In this document: piece by piece, positions 1-12,764 of the stretch
Position numbering within the stretch: the stretch's first letter is position 1
How the letters are laid out: the number at the start of each line of letters is the position of its first letter
Origin: the human T2T-CHM13v2.0 reference genome, Homo sapiens
Assembly (NCBI RefSeq): GCF_009914755.1
Contig: NC_060941.1
Strand: one strand, 5' to 3'
Length of the DNA: 64,000 bases
The notes under the pieces: generated by a model
The model's input: only the letters and a program-made list of their open reading frames with translations
Database searches by the model: none
What the model was told of the DNA's origin: nothing
Made by a program: the position numbers and the translations under genes

Positions 1-260
1 CCATGCTGTCCTCATGATAGTGAGGGAGTTCTCAGGAGATCTGATGGTTTTGTAAGTGTTTGGTAGTTCCTTTCGCGTTAATTTTTCCTTCCTGCCACCT
101 TGTGAAAAAGGTGCCTTGCTTCCCCTTTGCCGTCTGCCATGATTGTAAGTTTCCTGATGCCTCCTCCATCATGCTGAACTGTGAGTCCATTAAACCTCTT
201 TCCTTTATAAATTACCCAATTTCATGCAGTTCCTTATAGCAGTGTGAGAACGGACTAATA
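1..260 (+). mobile_element. THE1D/MSTA-type MaLR LTR, 3' portion (cut by window edge)
   Basis: Typical THE1 LTR text 'gagatctgatggtttt...ccatgattgtaagtttcctga...attaaacctctttcctttataaattaccc...gtgagaacggactaata'. Confidence 0.9.
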
Positions 261-352
261 TAATTAACTACAGTCACCATGCTGTGCAGTAGATCTCCAG
301 AACTTTTTCATTTTATAACTGCAAGTCTGTACCCCCTGCCCAACATCTCCCA
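261..352 (-). mobile_element. L1MA/L1MB 3' UTR fragment (host of the LTR)
   Basis: 'ttaactacagtcaccatgctgtgcagtagatctccagaact...ataactgcaagtctgtacc' matches the antisense L1M 3' end. Confidence 0.7.
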
Positions 353-399
353 TTTCAGGAAGGACCACAGTTATTCTCAGTTATTTTTTTTATCTACCA

Positions 400-528
400 C
401 TCTTCCCCACCAAGACTGTGGGTACAGACAACATAGACCCTGGGGAGTTTCATCTTGGGTCCCCCGAGCACAGAGCATGGTGCCTTGTTCTTAGGAAGTG
501 CTTAATAAATATTTGGTGAATGACTAAC
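400..528 (+). mobile_element. L2 3' end fragment
   Basis: 'agcatggtgcct...aagtgcttaataaatatttggtgaatga' is the L2 terminal motif. Confidence 0.6.
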
Positions 529-617
529 TCAAGATCTCCCCTTCTTGGTAGGTTTAATCATCTGGTTCTTACAAAATGTCAGATGTGGATGCCTTGACTA
601 GTTAGCTCCCTTTAGCA

Positions 618-790
618 TAGAGATTCTCAAACCTGTCTTTATGCTGGAATCATCTGAGGGTTTTAACAATTATTGAAATCTGGATTTCACCCACTTCATC
701 CTCATTTAAGTGGTTTTGCTGCAGCTTGGGTGTGGGGACCTTGGAAGCCTCCTCAGCTGGTGCTGATGTGCAGCTGTGTTGAGAAGCCTG
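618..790. mobile_element. MER5-type hAT-Charlie DNA transposon
   Basis: Ends 'gattctcaaac' / 'gtttgagaagcctg'; internal 'ggaatcatctgaggg' and 'ggtgctgatgtgcagc'; followed by a TCTAGA-type target. Confidence 0.65.
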
Positions 791-1646
791 GTCTAGAGTT
801 CAGTGTCTTGCTTGGGCTCATTTTCTTCTTTTCATTCTCACTACTGATTGTTGCTGGCTTTTCTTTTTTTCAAGGCCAGTCTTGCAGAGCTGTCTACAAA
901 TAAAATCATAGATGTGAAAGCACTTTAAGGAAGTTAAAAGTGTGTTGGAACTATCTGATTAATATAGGAATATCTCCTGAATTGGATTTGGCTTTCTAAG
1001 CCCTAAGTGAGGTCATTTAACTTTCTTCCTCAGTAGAAACTAGTAAGGAACTAATAAAGGACAACAGTGGAGCGTTATGGTTTCTTGGGAGTAATGTGCT
1101 TTTGTTCCTCCTCCCAATAGCTACCTAGGCGGCAGGAGTGGGATGTGAGAAAAGAAGGATGGAGACATTCAACTATGACTCTGTGCTGACTTTTTCTCCA
1201 CTGATTTCCTTGGAATTAAAAAAACAGTCACCCTCCCTCACCAATCCCCCACCTCCATTCCATACGTGTGGCAAAAGGTCAAGCAGCTCTGAGATCATGG
1301 GCAAAGAGCAGACATCAGGGCCCTTCTCACAGGCCCATCTCAAAGCTGCTCCCTCTCGAGATGGTGCCCTGGGAGCTCTTCTTTACTCAGTGTCAGTTAA
1401 GTCATGATGCAGAAAACCTCAGAAGCTTAGAGGACTGGGTGTCCACTGCTCCCTGGAGACACTCTACTATTTTCTCTGTTCTCTTAGCACTTGCCATGAC
1501 AGATGGCTCTTCCCTAGAAGTACCACAGGCCATCCTCTTCGGGTCACTTTCTAACCTCTCAACCTATGGTTAACATTTTAAATTAACATCCTTTTGGTCT
1601 TTCTTCTTTGGTGGATATGACTTCACAAACACACACACATGTAGAC

Positions 1647-2029
1647 TGATATGGTTTGGCTGTGTCCTCACCCAAATCTCATCTTGAATTATAGCTCCCA
1701 TAATCCCCACATGTCGTGAGAGGGACCCAGTGGGAGGTAACTGAATCATGAGGGTGGGTTTCTTCTGTGCTGTTCTCGTGATAGTGAATAAGTCTCATGA
1801 GATTTGATGGTTTTATTAAGAGCAGTTCCCCTGCACACATTCTCTTGCTTGCACACATTCTCTTGCTTGCTGCCATGTAAGATATGCCTTTGCTTCTCCT
1901 TTTCCTTCCTCCATGACTGTGAGTCTTCCCTAGCCATGTGGAACTCTGAGTCCATCAAACCTCTTTTTCTTTATAAATTATTCAGTCTCAAGTATATCTT
2001 TATTAGCAGTGTGAGAACAGACTAATACA
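1647..2029 (+). mobile_element. THE1B/C solo LTR
   Basis: Complete from TGATATGGTTTGGCTGTGTC to GACTAATACA, with perfect 5-bp TSD TAGAC (1642-1646 / 2030-2034). Confidence 0.95.
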
Positions 2030-2077
2030 TAGACACATACACACTAATACATACATGAACAGAAGTGTACATATACA

Positions 2078-2345
2078 TTTTTAAAAGAGCTTGTCACCCA
2101 GGCTGGAATGCAGTGACATAGTCATGGCTCACTGCAGCCTCAAATTCCTAGACTCAGGTAGTCCTCCCACCTCTGCCTCCTGAGTAGCTGGGACTGCAGG
2201 CACGTGCCACCATGCCCAGCTAATTTTTGTATTTATCTATTTTTTGTAGAGACAGGGTTTCACCATGTTGCCTAGGCTGGTCTCAAACTCTTGGGTTCAA
2301 GTGTTCTATCTGCTTTAGCCTCCCAAAGTGTTGGGATTACAGGCA
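2078..2345 (-). mobile_element. AluJ
   Basis: Antisense Alu with J-type 'gctcactgcagcctcaaattcctagactcaggtagtcctcccacctc'. Confidence 0.9.
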
Positions 2346-2519
2346 ATATTCTTATAAATAAAAAAGATATCTCCTTATAAGCCTTATGCACAACCATCTG
2401 TACCCCAAATGGTGTTTTCACAGCATTCATGAACTCATAGTGGAGTTACTACCAAGAATTGTGAGATCCCTGGAATGCTCAGGATTTTCCCAAAAGGACC
2501 AAAGAATCAGGAAATGGTG

Positions 2520-2677
2520 CCAATGTTCCATCTCTGCATGACTAGGTGACTGAGAAAATCATGTTACTTTTCTGAACCTCGGTTTACTTGTCTGCCATGC
2601 AGGCTTAATAATACTCATATTATCTAATACAGAGTTGTAGTGGGGATCAACTGCATAATGCAGGAAAAAGTGCTTAG
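2520..2677 (+). mobile_element. MIR
   Basis: Core 'gttacttttctgaacctcggtttacttgtctg...taataatact...gttgtagtggggatcaa...aaagtgcttag'. Confidence 0.7.
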
Positions 2678-4605
2678 GGTGCCAAGAATACACAATGAAG
2701 AAAGAATAGTCTTGTTAATAAAAGGTGTTGAAAGAACTGGCTATCAACATGCAAAAGAATGAGATTAGACCCCTATCTTACACCATACACAAAAATGAAC
2801 TCAAAATAGATTCAAAATTTTAATGTAAGATCTGAAACTATGAAACTATGGGAAGAAAACATCAAGGAAAGCTTCATGACATTGGTCTTGGCAATAATTT
2901 CTTGGACATGGCATCAAAAGGACAGGTAGCAAAAACAAAAATAGACAAGTGGGACTACATCAAACTAAAAAGTTTTTAACACAGCAAAGGAAACAATCAA
3001 CAGCATAAAAAGGCAACCTATGGAATGGCAGAAAATGTTTGCAAAACATATATCTGATAATGGGTTAATATCTAAAATATATAAGGAACTCCTATAACTC
3101 AAAGGCAAAAAAAAACCCTGAGTAATCTGGGTAAGAAGCGGGCAAAGGACCTGAATAGACATTTCTCCAAAGAAGGCATACAAATAGCCAACAGTTATAA
3201 GAAAAGTGCTCCATCAACATCACTCAGAATCAGGGAAATGCAAATCAAAACCAGTGAGATATCACATTTGCTGTAATAGCCATTATCAAAAAAATAAAAG
3301 ACAGCAAATGTTGGTGAGACTGCAGAGAAATTGAAACCTTTGTACCCTATTGGTGGGAAAGGAAAATGGTGCAGCTGCTGTGGAAAACAGGAGGGAGGTT
3401 TCACAAACATTAAGAATGGAACAACCATATGATCCAGCAACCCTTCTTATGGGTATATATCCACAATAACTGCAGTCAGAATCTCAAAGAGCTCTACACT
3501 TCTATGTTCATAGCAGCATTATTCCCAATATATAAGATACGGAAACAATCCAAATGTCCATTGGGTATATGCATTCAATAGAATATTATTCAGCCTTAAA
3601 AAGGATATCCTACCATTTGGAATAGCATGGATGGACCTGGAAGACATTATGCCAAGTGAAATAAGTCAGTCAAAGAAGGACAAATGTCCGATCTCACTTA
3701 TATAAGGTGTCTAAAATAGTCAAATTACAGAAGCAGTAAACAGAATGGTGGTTGCTAGGGAATAGGAGGAGAGGGAAATGAGGAGTTATTCAATGAGTAT
3801 ATATTGTTCATATCAGTTACACATGATGAATAAGCTCAAGAGGTCTTCTACACAACTAGTGCCTATAGTTAATACAGTACTGTTCACTTAAAAATTTAAG
3901 AGGGTAGATCTCATGTTAAATGTTCTTACCACAAAAATACCCCTCTACCCCCCACAACACAGAAGGACACAAGGAAACTGTTGGAGGTGATGTGTATATT
4001 TATTACTGTTGTGCTGAAACCCTGTCAACTCCAGTGGGGATGGTACAAGGCTGAAGAGCCCAAAGAAGAGACCCAGGGACTGCAAACAAGACATGGAGTT
4101 TTTCTGGGGACTTATATCCAGGAGAAAGAGTTCAGTGGTGGCAGGCTGGACAGGATAACTGCATAGTCCAGTTGTGGCGGGGTAGGCAGCAAAAGGCATG
4201 CAGTTTATACAGCATTTTAACTTAATACCATTCCCCTAACAACCTCCACCTGGCAACCTTCACGTAACTCAAAACAAAGGGCCTTGATCCCCCATATGGA
4301 CTGCATTCCGTGGGATTGGTCGGGGGCTCAGTTTTTCCTCATAGATAAGGAATAACTCTCCAAGTTGGCCTCTCCTGGATTCCTTAGCTCGGAACTCAAA
4401 ACTATATTCAGGTGTGTCTGCGATACAGGGTTGTCCTCAAGGCATGCTTAAGTTATTGCTGGCAGGTGCGTTTGTCATAAATTACTTTGATTATGGTGAT
4501 GGTATTACAGGTGTTTGCATATGTCCAAACTCATAAAATTGTATATATTAAATATGTGCAGTTTTTATACATCAATTATACCTCAATAAAACTGTTTTTT
4601 TAAAA
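2678..4605 (+). mobile_element. L1MB-type LINE-1 3' portion (ORF2 end + 3' UTR), interrupted by an LTR at 4007-4480
   Basis: ORF2 C-terminal remnants ('aaatagacaagtgggactacatcaaactaaaaag') and L1MB 3' UTR ('gagggtagatctcatgttaaatgttcttaccac', 'caattatacctcaataaaactg'). Confidence 0.9.
4007..4480 (-). mobile_element. ERVL solo LTR (LTR32-like)
   Basis: 474-bp insert flanked by 5-bp TSD ATTAC (4002-4006 / 4481-4485). The reverse strand reads 'aaacgcacctgccagcaataacttaagcat...gtataaactgcatgc...cagcacaaca'. Family name from memory. Confidence 0.8.
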
Positions 4606-4634
4606 GTGCCTCATTCAAAGCATCCTGGACACAG

Positions 4635-5095
4635 ACAGTGATGCATCCATTTGTCCTCAGACCCCTCTTACCATTTCCAGGTGCCCATGTGTTGGCATGT
4701 GTGTGCTTTGCTCCTGAAGGTCAGTAGCTCTTGCTTTCTTGCAAAGACCACTCTTGTGTTACTGGGGCTGTTTTACCTGAGGCTTCAAGAATCAGAGTCC
4801 CTTGAAGTGTGTATCCCTTTAGGGTAACCTTAGCCAATGACTAAGGATGAGAATATATGAAAGTGCAGCCCCTTTTTCCAGAGCTGGGACATCCTCTAGA
4901 TGTAATTGACATTCCAGTGTCCCTGTGAAGACCAAACCTGAGACTTTGCCTAAAATCCTGTGCTGGTTTGGCTTCTTCTCCTTCCAGGCCCTACTTCCCC
5001 AATACCTCACAGGCTCCTCTGAGGAGCACTTTATAATTTAGTTACTGGTACACAAATCTTTTCTCAGTCTGCTCCAGGGAAGCTGACTTAAGTCA
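4635..5095 (+). mobile_element. LTR16-type ERVL LTR
   Basis: 'ccttagccaatgact', 'gctgggaca', and a 3' end 'gagcacttt...acacaaatcttttctcagtctgctccagggaagctgacttaag'. Confidence 0.7.
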
Positions 5096-5149
5096 TAAAT
5101 ATAACATGATATGATGGTGTAATTCCTGCTGGCAACTTGGCGATGACAA

Positions 5150-5335
5150 AAATATATACTTATTGAGCACCTTCTTAGACACTGTTCAGTGCTTTTTATT
5201 TGAAACATGGATCATCTCATTTAGTCCTCAATCCATCCTTGTAGATAAAGAAATGGGGGTTTAGGCAGAGTAAGTAACTTTTCCAAGATTACATGGTAGT
5301 TTAGTAGCAAAGAATAAGCTTAACTGAACCCAAAA
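5150..5335 (-). mobile_element. MIR
   Basis: 'ttattgagcac...tctcatttagtcctcaa...gtagataaagaaatgggg...taagtaacttttccaagattaca'. Confidence 0.65.
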
Positions 5336-5819
5336 CTCCTGTTTTGGTTTTTTCAATCAAACTGAAGGTTTTGGGGACTGTATTTTTCCCTACCTTTTTG
5401 TTTGGTTTTTCTACTTTTTCTTTTTCATTTTTCTCCTCACCTCCCTTTCAATCATCTTAGCCCAAAGACAGGTTTACGAAGAGAAGCATGTTTTCCTGAC
5501 AGGCAGATCGGAAACAAAAACTGCTCACAGCTTGGCAAGAACAAGGATAGTGATTGATCTTAGGCTGCTGCTCCAAATGGCAACCACTTTAAAACCAATC
5601 CTGCCTCTATCCTGAGTGGAGAAAGCATCATTCACCACATTTCCTATCCTCCCTGAGCCACTGCTTGAAGCTTGCAGCTCAGGTGTGAGAAGTGAAGTGA
5701 GCTGTCAAAACAAGGTCTCATTGCTAGGTGAGGGGTTAGGAGAGGAGGAGGCTCAGGCAATATTTCTGCAGGGAGACAGATTGATTTGAAGATCATTTTT
5801 AGTGACTGCTGGTCACTTT

Positions 5820-6680
5820 ATTATTTAATTCCACGTAGAGTATTAAGCATCTGCTTAGATGGCAGATGTAGAACAGAAACATGGGTAAGGACTGGTTTTC
5901 GTCCTGGAGGAATTTGCAATCTATGGATGAGACAGATACATTCAGCTAACCAGAGCCCAAGAATAAGAACTGGAATCCTAGATTGAGAACAACAAGTTCT
6001 GCCTTGGAGGTCTCCAGATCTGCCTTGGAGAGTCATAGAAGGCTTCAGATTTCCAGCAGCATTTTAGGTGAAGTAAATAAAAGATGGTTGCAGTTTCTTC
6101 AAACAGAGTGTAGTGGGGGGTGTGGGGGTGTGGGTTGAAGGTATTTCAGGTGAAAGGAAGAGAATCAGGAATGGCACTGAGGTCATGGGATGCAGAGCAT
6201 ATTCTAGGAATGGTCCAGGGTATTTGGAGTTGCTGAAACCAACAGTGAGGAAAGGCACAGTCATAATTTACTCAAATTTTATTACATGCCTACGACATAT
6301 CATGTAGGGTGCTAATCACTGTAAAAGAAAAGAAAGATGAGAACAATGCAGACTGTTTTCCTTTGGTTGCTCACAGGTGGGGGAGACAGACAAGCTAAAA
6401 GATAGCTACAGCAAAATGAAATGTGTTATGAGTGGGTGCAAGAAAGTAGATTGAATAGAACCAGGGAGATTTCCTGGAGGAGGGGACACTTGAGATAAGC
6501 CTTACGGTTGAAGGAGCCATGAGATTGAAAGGGTGGGCTATGGACTGATTGCTGAGTGCTTTATGTCAAACTAGGGAGTTTGGAGATAATCTGCTAGTGA
6601 AGATTGGAATCAATACATATTTAGGTGCAGTGGAGGCCTGCTGTCAGACTTGTGTTTCAGAAAGATCATATGAATGGCTA
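5820..6680 (-). mobile_element. Degraded L2 fragments
   Basis: Purine-rich antisense L2 text, e.g. 'gggggagacagacaagctaaaagatagctacagcaaaatg', 'ttcctggaggaggggacacttgagataagcc'. Confidence 0.5.
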
Positions 6681-7449
6681 AATATGTGTGGGTCCTCAGG
6701 TCTCCTGACCCTTGTACTGACTGATTAATGTGGCTGTGCCCTCCGTTATGAGACATCAGTCCCATTGTCCTAGCTAATTAATAGATTTACTTTTATCTCT
6801 GCAAATTGGTGGCTTAAGATTCTAATACAACCGGGGGCTGAGGCGGCGTTGTGAGTGGAGCAGAAAGAGGTTTCACCTCACCTGCTCAGCTGCATCCTCT
6901 CGTTCAGTGTCCTGTAACAGGCAAGGAAATGGATGGAGACTCAGAGTGCTGATTTGGTAACTGTGGTAATGGGCAGGCTCTTGTCATTTATGAGGAGTTG
7001 GAATGGATTAGTCGTACCTTTTAAAATGCTTACTTGTGAAGGGGTGACTAAACACGTCTTGATTGTTTGCCTCTGACAAGCCTGTTTCCAAGCCTGGAGA
7101 GACAGGATTTTAGAAGGCTGAGTTTCAAAGGCATACCCGGCCTTCACAAATAGAGAAAGGAGACTTGAGGGACACTCAAGCCTGGCCTGAGCATTTCCAA
7201 CTAATGCTGGGCAGCTGCCCCTAAGCCCTCCCCAAGTAACCCACAAAGCAACAGCTTTGCTTTGAAACTAAGACTCTGCACCAAATATCCATCTATTTAT
7301 AACAGCAACAAAAACTGCCGCCCCTTTGTTTCACATCCTTCTACCAGTCCTACCTTTGGAATCTCTTTTGAACTCCCAGAATAATTCATTTCTCCCTCTT
7401 TTCTTTAGTATCATGAGGATATTTGGCTTCTATTGAAACTTCTTAGAAA

Positions 7450-7660
7450 ATGAATTTAGACAGACTTAGATTTCAATTTAATCTTGGCAGCTTGCATCTT
7501 GCTGTGTGACCTTCAAAAAATCACTTAGCTTCTCTAAGCCTATTTTCTGATTTGTAGGACAGAGATGACAGTGCCTATTTCAAAAAGGATATGACAAGAG
7601 TTTGTCAAAGTCCTCAGTCTTATCCATGGCATAGAGTGAATATTCAATAAGCGGTGTTTC
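7450..7660 (+). mobile_element. MIR
   Basis: 'gctgtgtgaccttcaaaaaatcacttagcttctctaagcc...ggcatagagtgaatattcaataa'. Confidence 0.75.
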
Positions 7661-8391
7661 TTTAGCTTTCCATCCTCATCCCATTCTCCCAAGTCTGTTG
7701 GCTCTGTGAAGACAGACTCTGAGTCTGTCACATGTTTGCTTCCAGTTCAAGGTTTAGTGAGTGCATAAGGAAAATGAGCTACAGAAATGAGTCTGGATCG
7801 AAAAATTCTGTTTAACCAGTCTATGCGTTCTACTTAATTTATACATTACTTAGTCAGTTAGACTGCTGAGTTGATTGAGGTCAACATCTCAAGTTAGAGA
7901 GTAGCACTGTTGCTGGTCCTGACTTCACTGGGACCCTACAATGGGAATTCAATTCAGAGATGAATGCAACCCTGCAAGCAAGTCTCCACTTCCAAAAGAG
8001 CAGGCCCAAGCATCTGGCTTATGGGCGGACAGAATTGCAGTTCTGCAAAAATAATGGATCATTGGAATGTGGTGGCAAGAAGAGAACTCTCAGAACACCC
8101 CCAAAAGGTTACTCAGTCCAATATCTTGAAATTTTGGGGCAGACTCAGACTCTCTTTATATCCTCAAGCCCTTCATTTCCACCTTGTAATCCTCCTCTAT
8201 TTACCTGGAACATGATTTGCTTCTCTCTGCTAAGTCAGTCCTCTTTATCCTTCTAAGTCCTACGCTAGTTATACCCTTCCCATGACGTTTCCTCTGACTC
8301 TGTGGGTCCCTCCATTTCAGAGGAGGAAAAGCCTTCACGGTTTGTATGATTGCCATCTGAGAATTAACTTCACTTTAAAAAATAACCTATC

Positions 8392-8678
8392 TTATTTTTT
8401 TAGAGACAGAGTGTCTGTCACCAGGCTGGGGTGTAGAGGCAAGATCATAGCTCGCTGCAGCCTTGAACTCCTGGGCTCAAGTGACCCTCCTGTCTCAACC
8501 CCTCAAGTAGCTAAGACTACAGGAATGTGCTACCATGCTGGCTAATTAAAAAAAAAATTGTAGAGATGGGATATCACTTTGTTATCCAGGCTGGTCTCAA
8601 ACATCTGGCCTCAGTTGACCCTCCCACCTCAGCCTCCCAAAGTGCTGTGAATATAGGCATGAACCATTGTGCCTGGCC
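8392..8678 (-). mobile_element. AluJ
   Basis: Antisense dimeric Alu with J diagnostics; TSD-like 'aaaataac' on both sides. Confidence 0.9.
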
Positions 8679-9063
8679 CAAAATAACATTTTTTTAAAAA
8701 AAAATTATATTTCTAAATTATAATGCAAAGGTGCCACAGTGTTAAAAATAAAAAATTTAAGAATAGAAAAACCAATCACCTCAATCTATATGTTTTAACA
8801 CAACTGTAGTTGACATTGTGATGTATTTACTTCCTGTGTTTTAATATTACAAGCATTTTTAGCTTATGAATAAGAATTATATAAGAATGCATCTACAACA
8901 GTCTGATTTTTACATCAAAATGTTAGCTTTTTTTATATTACAACATAATGTTCACAACAATTGCTTTTCATGAATGGATTACATTATGAATAATTCATAC
9001 TCTTTACTAAAATTCTCTTTGGTAGTTTGTCTTTACCAAATGGTAGTTGATGCTTTTTTATTA

Positions 9064-9422
9064 CAGATTGAGCATCCCTAATTCAAAAGTCCAGAATTTG
9101 CAATGCTTCAAAATCTGAAACATTTTTAGTGCTGACACGATGTCACAAGTGTAAAATTCCACACCTGACCTCATGTGATGGGTTGCAGTCAAAACACAAT
9201 CAAAATTTATTCTATGCACTGAATTATTTAAAATATTATAAAAAATTACCTTCAGACTCTGTGTGTAAGGTTTATATGAAACATAAATGAATTTCATATT
9301 TAGACTTGGGTCTCATTCCCAGGCTATCTCGTTATGTATATGCCAATTTTCCCAAATCTGAAAAGAACCAATATGCAAACACTTCTGCTCCCAAGCATTT
9401 TGGATAAGGAATATTCAACCTG
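9064..9422 (-). mobile_element. Tigger4b (Zombi) TcMar-Tigger MITE
   Basis: TIRs 'cagattgagcatccctaat' / 'ataaggaatattcaacctg', TA TSD on both sides, about 360 bp. Confidence 0.9.
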
Positions 9423-9454
9423 TATTATAAATAATGCTGCTATCTATATCTTTT

Positions 9455-9888
9455 GCTAATACAATCATATGGGTTAGTATAGACTAACATTTCAATGTAT
9501 TAAAAAAATACAAGTCTTTTTCTATTTGTCACTCACATCACAGCCCAGGGTCATCATTTTTGCTCCCCTCCACTCAGCTCCACACATTAGTTAGGGATCA
9601 GGCTTCTTTCATCTGGTGGCTGTGCCATCTTCTAGGATTTCAAAGGTTTCGGATGGTCCTCAAAATTCAGGAGACAGATAAAGGAAAAAACAAAGCATGA
9701 AGAATTTCAAAGGAGGCTTTAGGAGTCTGCTTGGAAGGGATATGCAAGATTTATGCACACACACCATTGGCCAGAATGCAGTCACATGACTTCACCTAGC
9801 TGCAAGGGATGCTAGGAGAGGCAGTCCTGCTATGTACCTGGAGAGAAGAGAAAATGGTCTTGGTGAGCATTTAGAACTATCTCTGCAA
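9455..9888 (-). mobile_element. MLT1K/L-type MaLR LTR
   Basis: 'ggcttctttcatctggtggctgtgccatc', 'cattggccagaatgcagtcacatgacttcacctagctgcaagggatgctagg'. Confidence 0.75.
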
Positions 9889-9999
9889 TTGTTTTCTTTA
9901 TTTTATATTACTTGTTTAGGCTTGATTTCCAGAGGAGTTATTTTACCTCAAAATTTAATAATTTTTATAGCTAGTAATGTTTATTACATCATCATCTCT

Positions 10000-10140
10000 A
10001 CATCCGTTCATTTATTCAACAAGTCTTTGAGTGCCTGCTATGATATAGCTACTGTGCTGGATAGGCCCTACGGTGTAACATAGAACAAGACATATAGTTA
10101 GATTTCTAGCAAGGAAAACAGGCAATTAGCCAAGCCATCT
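10000..10140 (-). mobile_element. L2 3' end fragment
   Basis: 'ttcatttattcaacaagtctttgagtgcctgctatg'. Confidence 0.65.
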
Positions 10141-11214
10141 ACTGTATACTCTCTTGTTTTGCTCTTAAATGTTTCTTTGTGTATAAATCTCCATGAAAGT
10201 TTTATATTCCTTGAAAGCCATATATTTCTTTTATGCTTTCAGTAGTATCTGGCTCAATGCTGGGCACACATAATCTAAAATGTTATAGATTCTGTAAATG
10301 ATGTGATCAGTCATCAAATATTCTTTATGAACAATGCTCTGAGAAGTTAAATGACTGGCTAAACATCTACAGTGCAATCTTAAAACACAATAGCCAAAGA
10401 AAAGTGTCCAAGTGAATTGGATGAGACGTCAAATAATCTTTCTCCTAGGAAAGGAAAAAATGCTTTTGATCATGAGGAGGATTCTCCCACCTCCACTGTG
10501 TGCCTGAAATAAGCAAACACAAACATTGCAGTAACTCACAGCAGGAGGGACTTAGAGCAAATGCAGAGCTTCCTGTCATGATGGTTTGCATTAAAGTCAA
10601 GGGAGATGGTAAACTTTCTAGCCAAGGCGATGCTAAGAACAAAGCCAATTTCCTGTTAGTCTGAGGTGACTTAGAAAAAGTTCACCTCCCAGGAGAGGGC
10701 GAATCTTTTGCTTTACCTTCATTTCTAAAGTATAACTTTCATTTTTAGGCACAATGCTGCTTCCTTTATGTTACTTTGCTTTTTTTTTTTCTCAATAAAG
10801 CATTAAAAGAGAGTCTGCTCCCTGCAGGGAATTATGGTTTCTCCCTCAATTCTCATATTTCTCAACACCTGTTGGGCAGCTGCTACATCCTGCCCAAGCA
10901 GTGGCTGCATTTGCAAGGACTAAATTCTAACAATATGGAAAGTTAGTGATATACTTAAGGGATTTGCAATATGAACTTAACTATAGTAGATTGCTGGAAC
11001 CACACTCTCATATTTCCCATGTACTTCTGTGGTCTCCATTAAGAAGCAATAAAAATAACAGAGCTACTGAGTTCACTGGCTACGTAGCTATGACTCTTTT
11101 TCTACATCTGAGTATAACCACATAAATGCAATATTTTTATTAATACAATAGCTCTATATCTGGCTGTGTATATCTGCTAAATATAATAACAGTTTCTTAA
11201 TTGCATTACAGTCA

Positions 11215-11462
11215 CACTAATGCTTAGCATTTACTAGGAATCAGGCATTGGTCTAAGCATGTTACATATATCAATACATTTAAACTTCAAACAGCCTTTA
11301 GAGGTAGCTATTATTATAATCCCTATTTTATAGATGGGGAAAATAAACCCCAGAAACATTAAGCAGCTTGCTCCAGGTCACATAGCTGGTAATTGCAGAG
11401 CCAGAATTTCCAACTGGACAATCTGGATCCATAGTCTATGATCTTAACTGGTATACAATACT
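11215..11462 (-). mobile_element. MIR (near full length)
   Basis: 'aggcattggtctaagcatgttacat...ctattttatagatggggaaaataaac...ggtcacatagctggtaattgcagagccag'. Confidence 0.85.
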
Positions 11463-11529
11463 TGCATTTAGTAGTTGATGTTAGATTTAGAAAACTACAC
11501 CTCATAGTACAAAGTGAGGAATATTATTA

Positions 11530-11690
11530 TATTTCAAACTTGCAACAAACCATTGAGATAAGTAGGACAAATACTACCATAGTTATTGTTAATATTACTA
11601 TTTCTCCCATAATAAAAGTGAGACACAAAGTAATTAAGTAACTTTTAAAAGCTCATATAGTTGGTAAGTGAGAGAGCAAGAAAATTCTGC
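11530..11690 (-). mobile_element. MIR fragment
   Basis: 'gagacacaaagtaattaagtaactt...ctcatatagttggtaagtgagagagc'. Confidence 0.55.
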
Positions 11691-11700
11691 ATCCTGGTTT

Positions 11701-11721
11701 TATATATATATATATATATAT
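11701..11721. repeat. (TA)10 microsatellite
   Basis: Direct reading. Confidence 0.95.
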
Positions 11722-12471
11722 GCACTGTATATTATATATGTAATACTGTGTACATTGTCTGATGTGTACAGCACTTGGATATTTATAAAAATATATAATT
11801 TTACATCATATATAGATATATAATAATTAACATAATTTGGGAATGGCATTTGAAGACAAATGCATTAAGTTGAAATACAACAGCACTATCCAGTTCTTTT
11901 TAATATACATTTACTTCTGAATCTTTTACAGATTGAAATGCCCTATCCTAGGAAGAAAGGTAAGGGATGTTTTATGGTCTAAAAGAATTAAGTTCCGTAT
12001 TTCTTGTGAAAACAAAATTCATTGCTTAGTGACAAAAAGGTTACAGGTTTCTTATAATAGTTCAATAAGCCAGGTTATTAAAATTTCAGAGCCATTCAAC
12101 ATTCCATGAATACTTTTTGTATCTGTGGAGGTCTGAAATAAATGAGATGAAAGATCTCTTGAGCCAGAGTTCTGGTCTCAATTCTGCTAGAGATTGGTCT
12201 CTGGTAACCAGGAACTAGTTCTGTAGCCTCTCTGGGCTTCAAGTTACTTATTTTTAAAATGAACTTAGGGATATAATTAGTAAATATTTAAAGGTCCTTG
12301 GAATTCTGGCCAACAGTTACTCGAAGTTACTTAAAGCAGTGAAGGTGACAAGAAGGGCAATTTTTGTGAACTGTGACATTGAACCTGTTGGAATCCAACA
12401 TTCAGTCACACTCCAGCAGAATCGGGTGAAAAGGAAGTGTTTCACTTGGCCATCTCTCTCTGTATTTGGGG

Positions 12472-12720
12472 ATTCATTCTTTCCTTCATGAAATAATTAC
12501 TGAGCACCAAATATGTGTCAGGCACTGTTGTAGATATTGGGGAGAGAGCTAGGAACCAATATAAAAGTCCCTGCTCTGATGAAGCTTGCATTGGGTTTGA
12601 GGAAGCCAGACCTTAAGCAAATGAACAAGACAGTACATGTCAAGAGTTAGTAAGTGCTATGTAAGAAAATAAAGCAGGATAGGGGTGGAGAGGAAAAGTT
12701 TAGAAGTGGATTTTATTTCT
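12472..12720 (-). mobile_element. L2a 3' end
   Basis: 'ttcattctttccttcatgaaataattactgagcaccaaatatgtgtcaggcactgttgtagat...aagtccctgctctgatgaagctt'. Confidence 0.8.
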
Positions 12721-12764
12721 CATTTGATAGTAAACGTCACTTGAATTGACATGAGGCAATTTCT

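Larger units (their letters stand above)
8700..9990 (-). mobile_element. Very old L1ME-type fragment interrupted by Tigger4b and an MLT1 LTR
   Basis: AT-rich antisense L1M-like text ('gttgacattgtgatgtatttacttcc', 'ataaataatgctgctat', 'tttaggcttgatttccagaggag') continues across the two insertions. Confidence 0.45.
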
